A DNA stretch of 64,000 bases, taken from NCBI GenBank assembly GCA_965178125.1, contig OZ237735.1, forward strand, positions 434,001 to 498,000, read 5' to 3'. Origin of the DNA: Bilabrum cf. latius. Lineage: Eukaryota. Below the pieces are notes generated by a model. The model saw only the letters and a list, made by a program, of their open reading frames with translations. It made no database searches and was not told the DNA's origin. The position numbers and the translations under genes were made by a program. This document shows, one piece after another, positions 48,556 to 58,788 of this stretch; within the stretch, counting starts at the first letter, position 1; every line of letters begins with the position of its first letter.

Positions 48556-50697
48556 ATGAGCCTTACTTCAGGGGCAATCAAGGCGATAATTGGATAGGAG
48601 CAGGTCAAAGATGCTGGCATCCTGTAGGTGAGACGAATCAGCTCGTTCAATCCTGAGAGTACACTGATGAACGCATCGAGCAAGTGCTGGTTCTATTTGC
48701 CCGACGCTCCTCTGTCTGCAGGTAACTGAGCTCAAGCCCCTCCCGAAAAAGACAAGCGAGGGGAAATCTCGGCACATGTGAGGCTACTTAATCCTGCGGC
48801 GGGCTGGCGCATAATCTTGTTATTTCGTGCCAATTCATAGTCGGTACAGATGCTAATCCTCCACGTTTACACAGGGTCAAAGTATCGGATGGCACCCATT
48901 TTATCACTGGTATGCTGACTGGTCCCGTGGAAGCCATGGTGGGCTCTGGAGCCCTCAAGCTTTACTCTCTGATCGACGTAAAGCTCGGGCACGTCAAAAC
49001 CTTGCCTGGCAGCGGCAAGGAACGCAAGTGAGTGCGAGGACTATCGCGCAGGTCATTGTATTTGCCTGATACTGGTTAGGATGTTAGTCTACGCGATTTC
49101 ATGAATCGCCATTCGTCGCAGGGTATTGATTTTGATGAACGCCGAGGTGGTTCCGGGCGGGCCGGGCACTAAAATTGGTGATCCAGTGGACCCGAACGCG
49201 GCATCTAGCGCATCTGGTGGTGCTGCAGCATCTGGTGCGGGCAGTAGCGGTAGCAGCAGCTACGGCGCGGTAGTCCCGGCCGAGCAGCACTTCCAGACGC
49301 AGCCGGTGCGCAGCCTCAACCTGTACACGAACAAGTGGATGGTCAAGGTGCGGGTCACCAAGAAAGGGCCCCTCAAGTCAGGCAACAAAAATGGACGGGA
49401 CTGGAAGCTCTTCAGCGCGGACCTCGTGGACTCGGACGGGACCGAGATCCGGAGCACCTTCTTCGGCGAGGCCGTGGACAAGTACTTTGACGTGGTGGAG
49501 AAAGACAGGGTGTACTACATGGGCAACGGGAAGCTGGCCCCGGCCAACAAAAGGTGGACCTCCATACCCAACGACTACGAGGTCAAGTTCGACGACCGCT
49601 CCATCGTGCAGCCGTGCGCGGACGACGGGACAGTGCAGGGAATCCAGTACGCCTTTGTGCCCATCAAGAGCATCGAGGGAACTGAGCCGGGCAAGACCGT
49701 GGACGTCATCGGAATCATCAAGGAGTGCAGCGACCGCATCACGATCACGACGAGGAAGGGCACCGAGCTGGAGAAGAGGGACGTCACTCTCGTGGATGAC
49801 AGCGGGGCCTCCATCTCGGTCACCATGTTCGGGAAAGAGGCGCACGATGACAGCGTCACGGCCGTTGGGGCGGCCGCGGCTTTCAAGGGTGTCAGGATCG
49901 GAGATTACGGCGGGCGCACGCTCAGCACGACCATGGGCTCCGACATCGCGGTGAATCCCCCGAACGTGCCGCGGGCAGCCGAGCTCGCCAAGTGGTGGAG
50001 CTCGGGGGGGTCCACCACCGAGGTCTAGCAGCTCAGCGGTCAGGGGCGAGGAGGCGGCGGCTCCGGTCCCATCTCCATGCCCGAGAAGAGGGCGTTCCTG
50101 AGCGACATTGACACCAAGGGTCTCGGGCACGGTGACAAGCCCGACATCATCACTGTCAAGGCCACGGTCACCCGGGTGCTGCGGTCCGAGGACAGGCAGC
50201 CGTGGTACCCTGCGTGCCCCAACGACGTGCAGTCGGCGGCGGGCGGCACCAGGAAGTGTAACAAGAAGCTAATTGATGACGGCACGGGCAACTGGAGCTG
50301 CTTGCGCCCGGAGTGCTCCAGCATGGGCTCGGTGCAGCCGACCTACAGGTACATCCTCCCCGTCGTGCTGCACGATTCGACCGGCAGCAGGTCAGTTACG
50401 CTCTTCGACGACGAGGCCAAGCTCTTGCTTGGCATGAGCGCGGGTGATCTGAAGCAGAGGCTGGACTCCGCCGGGGGCATGGTGGCGGACGGCGGCGGCG
50501 GCGAGCCCGATGCCTACCGCAAGGTGCTGGACGGCCCCCTATTCTCTCAGAAGTTCTTCACTCTTCGGGTGCGAGCCGAGACTGTCAATGATGAGCTGAG
50601 GACCAAGGTGGGCGTGCTGCGATTCAAGGCGGTGGACCCGGCGTACGAGGCGTCCAAGCTGCTCGAGGCCATCAAGAAGTACGATGCCGGCATGTGA
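48556..50697 (+). CDS. RPA1: Replication protein A 70 kDa subunit; introns 48628-48721, 48778-48874, 49028-49121
   Basis: LTSGAI..IL(TAG)|V..VSDG N-terminal OB; SLNLYTNKWMVKVRVTKKG, VDVIGI, FKGVRIGDYGGRTLS; C4 zinc motif YPACP..CNKK..CLRPEC. TGA stop. Confidence 0.95.
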
Positions 50698-50804
50698 GGC
50701 CGCCGCATGGCTGCTTCAGGCGCGTGAACCAAAAAGTCGTAGGTTAAACAACAACATCTACATCCAATCGCAATCACCCAATTCGTGTGACCCCGATGCC
50801 CGCA

Positions 50805-53800
50805 TCAGGTAGCGAAGCTCCTTCCCGAACTCTACCAACCGCTCCCACCCTGCTGCTGCGCCCCCGCACCGTAGCCCTTGTATGCCGCTCCACTGAAGGA
50901 GGCCCTGGACCCTGGCACCTGGGATCCGGCCCCACCCGACTGCTTGGAACTGCTGCGCGCAAAGGCTCCTGCAAAGGAAGGGGGTACCCGAGCAGAGTAG
51001 CCGAATCCGTGCCCGGACGAGCTGCCGCTCCGGGCGTGAGGTGGTTCCGCACCGGCCGCGGCGCTGCGCTCTGCAAAGGCGGCATAGGCTGCCGACGCGG
51101 ACGACGTGTGTCGCCGCTGCCTGGATCCCGATCGTCCGGCTGCAGCAGCAGCGGCAAAGCCGTGGTAGGCACCCCTCGTCGTGTGCCGCCGGCTGGAGCC
51201 GCCCCTCGCCCCTGCGCTCCCCTTTGGCTTAAATGTGGGTGGCAGCTCCCCGTCCTCGTGAGCCTTGAAGGCGTCCTGCAGCACGGCAAAGACGCGCTGT
51301 GCCTCTAGTCTTTGCTGCAGTGGCGCAGTCGCCACCTTGTCTGGGTGCACGACCCTCACAGCCTTCAAGTAGGCCTTCTTGATGGCGGCTGCGCTGGACC
51401 TGGCATCCAGCTCGACCCCCGAGGAGTGCTCCCCCCAGGCGATGACCTGCGGGAGGGACTGTAACATGCCTCCGATCGTCTTGCCGCGCGCCCAGCTGGC
51501 CACCCTGGACTCGATCTCCTCCCTCAGAGTGTCCTTGGTGGCTTCCTCCTGCTTGGCCCGATCGGCCGTATCGTTGATCTGCTGCACCCTCTCCGCGTGT
51601 CTCCTCTTGTGCCTCAGCTTCTCCCCGATGATCCTGGCTTCGACCTTCCGCGCCATCTCAGGATCGGGCTTCTCCCACCTCACCGCCCTGCTCACCCGGT
51701 GGTAGTAGTAGACCTGCCCCTCCGCCGTGCGGGCCTGCAGCCAGTTGTCCAGCGCCGCCGCCGGGTCCACCTGGCTCGGGCTCACCTTGTCCGGGTCGAA
51801 GGCGCGAGCTGTAGGGGCCTTGGGGTTCGGCGGGGACTCGTATCTCTGTTGGAGCTTGGCAGCAACGGCAGACGCGGCGGCCTGCTTGTCTCGCAGACCC
51901 GAGTGGTGGCCATGGGAAGGCTGCATGGGCGAGGGGCTGCGCTGCTTGTCTCCTTGCCACTTGGCGCGAGCAGCGGCAGCTTGCTTCGCCATGGCCTTGA
52001 CAGCGTCGTCAACCTGGCTTCCAGCAGCGGCCGAGTAAGCGCCCGGAGCTGGCCCGGCTCCGGTGCCCGTCGCCGGTGCCGTGCTCGAGGCCGCGTCGTC
52101 GTCGTCTCCGGAAACGGATGACCGCCTGGACGAACCCATCGACCTGGGCCCGGGCGAAGAGCTGGACACTCCATCCAGGAAGTTCTTCGCCGTGCCCACC
52201 TCGACCGCCTTGACCAGTCTCGACCTCAGCTCCGCCTTCTCCAGGCAGTCGGCGTGCGGGATGCCGGCGCGGTCCAGGAGCCGCTTCAGCTGCGCCACGC
52301 TCATGCGGGACACGGCAGCCACAGCCTGTTCGGACAGCCGCGGATCGATGCTGCCTGCCTGGGGCTTGGTGGGGCTGGTCTGGTGGGACCGGTCGCCGGT
52401 CTGCCCTGGGGGGCTACCTCCCGCGCTGCCGATGTCCACAGACTCGGCTCTTTGTTTCTGCTCCGGCGTGGACGGTCCACTGCGTGTTCGCTGCCTAGGC
52501 AGGGAACGTTGAAGCCTGCTGCCTGGCCCGTCCTCGCTGGATTGAGCGGCGAAATCAAAGCTCTGCTTGCGTCTTCCAGCAGCCTGTGCCGCCCCCGAAC
52601 GTGCCTGCCGGTGCATCCGCGCCGACCCGGACACCGGCCCAGATCCAGGCCCAGCATCGCGCGGGACGCTGGCTGGTGTGCGCGGAGTTGCAGGCGATGA
52701 ATGAGACTCTGGCGACTCCTGCTTGCCTTCAGGTTCCGTGCGAGAGGCTGTGGACCCCGACCGTGCCGATCCAGGCGGGGTGGGTCCGTGCGAGCCGGCG
52801 CGTGACTGCGGGCTAAGCTCGCTTTGCGCAGCTGAGGTGACGCCGGGCGGGGCTGGACGAAACCCGCGAGACCCGTCCGAAGCGACAGAGGTGGCCGCAG
52901 AGGCTGGCTTTGGCTACGGGGGCACTTGCGTTGGCGTGCTAGGCGACAAGCTCTCCACCGAGTCGGTCTCAGCGTGCTCATCCCCAGAGTCGCGTGCCTG
53001 GTTACTGGGCGGTGTTGCACCTTCGCCGTCGATCGAGTCGCTCTGCTCGAATCCGATCTTCCTCGCGTGGTTCCGTGCAGCCATCGCAGCTAAGGCTGCT
53101 GGTGATGGCTGAGTAGGAGGAATCCCCGCTCCTGGCATGCCATCGAGGTCGAGGCCTCTAGGTTTGGATGACCTGGCGCCCGCGACTCCATGCAATGGGG
53201 GCTTGGTCTTCTGGATGCCGTGCTGATCATCGTCAGCAGTGCCAGTACGTTGTGCTGATTGCGTTGGTTCGTGGCCGGGCGTTGTTCCGAGCCCGGAGGT
53301 GCTCTGTGATTGCCTTGCAAGTGCCCTCGCCTCCTTCTGGTACTTTTCCTTTAGCTTGGATTCCTCTAGCAGGGATGCTTGCGACGCCTTCACCATCGCC
53401 CTCAGCTCCCCGAGCTGGGTCTGCAGTGCGTCGAGCTCCTTCTTGGTGTGGCTTGCCTGTTTCTTGTATGATTCCCTCTCCTCCCGCACCCTCACCACCT
53501 CCTTACGGGCCACGTCCAGGCTCTTCTCGCAGCTGCTGATGATCTCCTGCCTCCACTTGTCCGTGTCCTTCTCCCACCCGCGCATCACCTCCTCATACTC
53601 AGCCCGCGCCGCGCCCACCTTCTCCTCAATGGCCTTGTCCTTGTCCGCCTCGGCTGCCTCGAGGAGCTTCTTGGCAGTGGTCTGCTCCTCCGCACGTGCA
53701 GCAGACACAGCTTTATCCAGCTGCTCCTTGCTCTGCTTGGCAGACTTCTCGTGGTAGGACTGCCACTGCTCCCCGAGGCTAACGGCCTCATCGTGAGCCT

Positions 53801-56800
53801 TCTCCATGGCCTCCCGGAGCTTCTCGTCGCCCCTTGCCTTCTCCTTTACAACGGCTTCCGCCACGGCCTGCTGAATGCTTTGCTCTCTCGTTGACTGGAA
53901 CTCTTCCTTTGCCTTCGTGAGCGCCTCGCGCACGGCCTTAGACATTCTCTCCTGCACTTCATGCTCCAAAATATGCGACGAAGGACCCGCTGCCTCCTGC
54001 AGCCGCATTTCGAGCTTGCTAGCTCGCTCCAGCGCGTCACCCAGCTGCTTGGTCAGCTTGCTGTTGCCTTCCAACTCTGCCTCCAGGCGATCCTCCGTCA
54101 ATGCGAGGGTAGAGCGCACAGCATCAGCTGCCTGCTCCAGCTCTTCGATCCTACGCTCGGCTTCCTCCGCTCTACCCCTGAGCCGCTTCACCTCCACGCT
54201 GTAGGCCTCGCTAGCTACCTCGTGGGCCGCCTTCAGGCGAGCTACCTCACTGTTGTGTGTGTCGCTCGCGGATCGCAGAGCTTCCGCGTCCTGCTTCGCG
54301 AAGGCGAGCTCCTCCAATGTGCGGGTAATATCTCCATCCCTCTGCCTCTCTGCAGCCTCGTGTGCGTCTCTCTGCTTCTCTAGCTGCGTGCGAAGGTCGT
54401 CTGCCTCTTCCCGCAGCTCAGCGTTGGAAGCCTGTTGATGCTCCAGCTAGCCCTGCGCCTCGCTGGCAAGCGCTTGTGCAGCTTCCACCTGCCCTACCCA
54501 CTCTTGCTTCTCCATCTCCCGCTTGCTCTCGGACTGCTTCAACTCCTCCTCGAGCCTCGCCAATTTTGTCCGGGAGGCATGCAAGTCCTGCTGAAGCGAC
54601 TCCATCTCAACGGCTGCTTTGGCAGATGCGTCTCCTCTGTCCGACGCCAATGATGGACTGCCAACATCTGCAGATCCAGACTTAACTCCCTTTCCTTGCA
54701 ATACAAGGTACTTGTTTCGCGTTGTTTTCTCGCGGTCGATCGCGCTGTCGAGGTCACGCGTCGTCTTCTTGAGCTTGTCCTCGAGCAGCCCGGTGCGTTC
54801 CTCGGCCGCCTTGGCCCTCCTCACCGCCTCCCTGGCTCTCTTGGCCTCGACCTGCACCCGTTCGCTGATCCTGCGGATGCGGGCCTCCGCCCGCTCCTCT
54901 GCGGCGCGTATGCGGCCGTCCATTTCAGCAGCTCTGGCGCTGAGCTTGGCCTTGCGCACCTCTTCCAGCCTCTCCAAGCGGTCGTTCGCGAGTGCCAGCG
55001 CGTCCCTGCCCCTCTTCTCCGCGTGCTTGGCGGAGGCTTTTCGCCGCTCTCGCTCACGCTTCAGCAGCTCGGCAACTCTGAGGGAGAAGACAGACTCGGC
55101 CTGCTGGAGCGCCTTGTCCACGGCTTCCTGGGCGCGGCGATTCGCCTCGCTCGCAGACACCTGGTGAGACCCACCGACAGCCAACGGGGCAGAAGCACCT
55201 GATCTCCCGGCAGAGGAATGCAGCGATGCCCCAGAGGCGCGCCCCTGCTGCTCGTGGTGTGCCCGCACCTGTCTCTATAGCCTGGAGGAGCGAGCCGAGC
55301 GGTCTCCTACGCTGCCTCTCTGCGACGCAGCGTCCGAGACCCCAATCGCCCGCTTCGCCTCAGCTAGCACGGACTGAGCGATTCGTGCCGCGACCGCTTC
55401 CTACTCGCCGCTCTCGCTGTCCGTGCCGTCGGTGCTGCGCTCCGCTGCAGAGCTCGGGCTCGTGGGCTGCGGCACACCAGCCCCCAATGGGTATGACCTG
55501 CCGCCAGGGCTGCTTCCTCCCATGGTTCCTGCGCTACCTCTGCCGGCATGATTTGTCTAATGGCCAGTCTACGGGCTACCCGCCGCCTCTGCACCGCTGC
55601 GCTTAGTGGGCGTCACCACTAGAGCGATGCTGCCATCCTCCCTCCTCCGCACCTTGCGCCGACTCTGGGGGCGAATCGTGCCAGCCCCTGTCCCTGTCGC
55701 CGCGGAGGACTCAGACGATCGGCGTGACCGGGGCAACTCGCCGAGGCCTAGGCTAGGGTGCTGCCTGCCACCGCTCGGCCTGGACTTTGCGCGGGCAGCA
55801 GGAGCCGCTGAGAGGTTGGGTGGCGCGGTGACGGGGGGCGGTGGCAGTGGCGAACCTTCCCTAGAGCGCTGGTGATGGTGCTAGACTGACGGCGGTGGCA
55901 TCGCTCTGCTGCTGGACTCGGCCAATTCGTCCTCGCCAGCTCCGGGCATGTCACTCCCAGAGGGCTCACTGATGTCTGAGTCAGCCCCGCTGGCAGTTGA
56001 TGAGGAAGAGGCCCGGCCACCCTCGACTCTGCCGGTCTAGCCATGCCTCTAGCCGTCGTCCTGGCTAGAGCTGGTGCCGGCACTTGCAGGCAGTGTCGGC
56101 GGGGGCTGCAATGCGCCCGGCAGCGGCCTAACTCGCAGCATTGGCATGCGCTGGCTGGGCTCGCGTGGCAGTCCAGTGCCCACGCCCCCGGCAGAGGGCG
56201 CTTGGGGTACTGCACCTGCATGCGCTGCACCCGCCCCTGCCACGCTGCCTTGAGCCGTGGGTCCGCGAGCAGACACCTTTGGCGGCTGCTCCGGGATGGC
56301 ATCCGATGCCACGGTCTCGGTGTCGCCGTCAGTGCTCGGATCGATGCCGGCGGCGGCGGAAGGCTGCTGCCCATGGGCATGTTTGCCCATCGTCGGGCCG
56401 TCGCCGCTGTCGTGCGATTGAGACGCGACGGAGGTTGCCTCAGGGAGATCGGCTCCGTCCGCCTCTGTCGTGCTGACACCGCTTGCACTCCACCCGTCGG
56501 GGTCTTCGCTCCATTCCGACGAGCCTACAGATGCTGGCTGGTGCTGCATACCTGTCACGCCAGCCACAGTCGCAGTTGCCGGTGCCACTGAGCGACCGGT
56601 CGAACTCATAGCAATTGTGTCCCTGAGATTCGGCGGCGCACGAGATGGCGGTGACATGCGCTACTTGGGCATCTATCTATCATCGGGATCCTCTCGGGAG
56701 TCTTCGGAGCTTGAATCCGGAGGACCTGCGTGATGCAGCAGTCTTGGCGGAGCCGCAAGATCACAACCGTGAGATGCACAATACAGACAGGCTTCACACA

Positions 56801-57117
56801 CTTTAATTGAGCGGACTTACTGGAGCTTGTTCCGTTTCGCATTGCATCCACAGAGGCTGACTTGATCTGCAAGAACTAGTTTGACTCTCGATTTCGCCAC
56901 GACACAAAATGGCAGATAGAAGGGGAACCAAGTTGCCATCACGAAGCACACCACCTTCATACAGATGTACAAGGATGCTCACCTTATCTTTTAGCCGGAC
57001 GTTTTCGGATTTAGCCTGTAGCAGGTGATGGCGAAGCTCACGCAAATCTAGCCGTCCGTCGGATTCGAGTGACCCCGGTGACAGCTCCGATCCTTGGCCA
57101 CCGCTGCTCTAGCTCAT
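50805..57117 (-). CDS. Large protein, about 2033 aa: low-complexity region, coiled coil, SAP-like motif, WW domain, C-terminal auxilin-type J domain; introns 56867-56982, 56726-56820
   Basis: WLQARTAEGQVYYYHRVSRAVRWEKP (WW), IKKAYLKAVRVVHPDK (J, HPD intact), MSVAQLKRLLDRAGI..CLEKAEL. Single TAG-joined frame; TGA at 50805. Confidence 0.75.
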
Positions 57118-57306
57118 ATAAATGTCGATATTTCGTTCGCGATTCGGACGTGCGTTGCACAGGTACTACGTGAGCAGGCGATCACCTGAGCAAGCTAAAT
57201 GTACACTGTATAAAAATGATGGTTCCGCTATACAAAACAATAATGCGCAGCGATATTGCGTAGTGAGCAGCCCGTTCTAGTCCATCAGTCTCTACTTCTA
57301 CACACG

Positions 57307-58693
57307 ATGGCAGCCGTTGCGTCCTCTAAGGGTGCAGAGGTAGATGCTACAAGTGATGGCATCAGGCCATACTTCCGGGCCAAGCTTGATGAAATGGAAA
57401 TTAAGATTCGCCAGCGAACCTAGAATCTGCGCCGTCTGGAGGCGCAGCGGAACGAGCTAAACTCGAAAGGTGAGATTCAACGGGGCAATAGCGCATGAAA
57501 TACATGTTGTGCGCAATAACTGGTCCTTGAATTGTCACACAAGAGCATCATTCTGGCGCCACGACAGAGGTCGCTCCATTCAACCAGTCCTTTCAAACGC
57601 CCCGTGTTCGCGCACTGATTACCGTATTGTCACCACAGTTAGGGATATTCGGGATGAATTATCGATGTTGTATCAGCATGGATCGTCCGTAGGCGAGGTT
57701 GTGAAGCCTATGGGTAAGGACAAGGTGCTGGTGAAGATGGGAGGCGAGGGCAAGTATGTTGTTGGGCTAGACAAGGAGATTAAAATCTCTCAGTGCACAC
57801 CAGGAGCCCGGGTTGCGCTTCGATCAGACAGTATGGAGCTTCACAAGATCTTGCCAACCAAGGTGGACCCGCTGGTGAGCTTGATGCGAGTGGAGAATGT
57901 GCCGGACGCGACGTACGACATGGTAGGCGGGCTTGACAAGCAGATCTAGGAGATGAAAGAGGTTATTGAGCTGCCAATCAAGCACCCAGAACTGTTTGAG
58001 GCTCTTGGTGTGGCTCAGCCGAAGGGGATTCTCATGCATGGCCCCCCCGGTACAGGGAAGACCTTGCTTGCTCGCGCCGTGGCACACCACACCGAGTGCA
58101 CGTTCATCCGCGTGAGCGGCTCTGAGCTGGTGCAAAAGTACATCGGGGAAGGCTCCCGCATGGTGCGAGAGCTGTTCGTGATGGCACGGGAGCACTCGCC
58201 ATCCATCATCTTCATGGATGAGGTGGACTCGATCGGGGGCAAGCGAGCGGAAGGCAGCAAGGGCGGCGACAGCGAGGTGCAGCGCACGATGCTGGAGCTT
58301 CTGAACCAGCTAGACGGCTTCGAGCCCAAGCAGAACATCAAGGTAATCATGGCCACGAACAGAATCGATATCCTGGATCCCGCGCTGCTGCGACCCGGCC
58401 GCATCGACCGGAAGGTTGAGTTCCCGCACCCGAACGAGGCTAGCAGGCTTCACATCCTGACAATCCATTCCAGGAAAATGAATCTCATGCGAGGCATCAA
58501 CCTGAAGAAGATCGCGGACAAGATGACGGGCGCATCGGGAGCTGAGTGCAAGGCAGTGTGCACGGAGGCGGGCATGTACGCCCTGCGAGAGCGGCGCATT
58601 CATGTCACTCAGGAGGACTTTGAGATGTCCGTCGGAAAGGTCATGCGCCAGGACGCGGAGAAGGACGTTTCGTCGATCAAGCTTTTCAAGTGA
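57307..58693 (+). CDS. PSMC5: 26S proteasome regulatory ATPase RPT6; intron 57470-57638
   Basis: T(TAG)[62 protein letters not shown]-terminal KLFK. Two in-frame TAG; TGA stop. Confidence 0.97.
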
Positions 58694-58788
58694 TCGGGCG
58701 TGCTATCGCTGTTGCTCGGCTGTGGCCGTGTGGATTGAGTGGTGAAATACGCGAGATTCTAATCCGATGGATACGAACTTTCAATCTT

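Noticed and set aside
57470-57949. ORF-track N-terminus [10 protein letters not shown] for RPT6
   Set aside because: It is translated intron; the conserved N-terminus is in exon 57307-57469.
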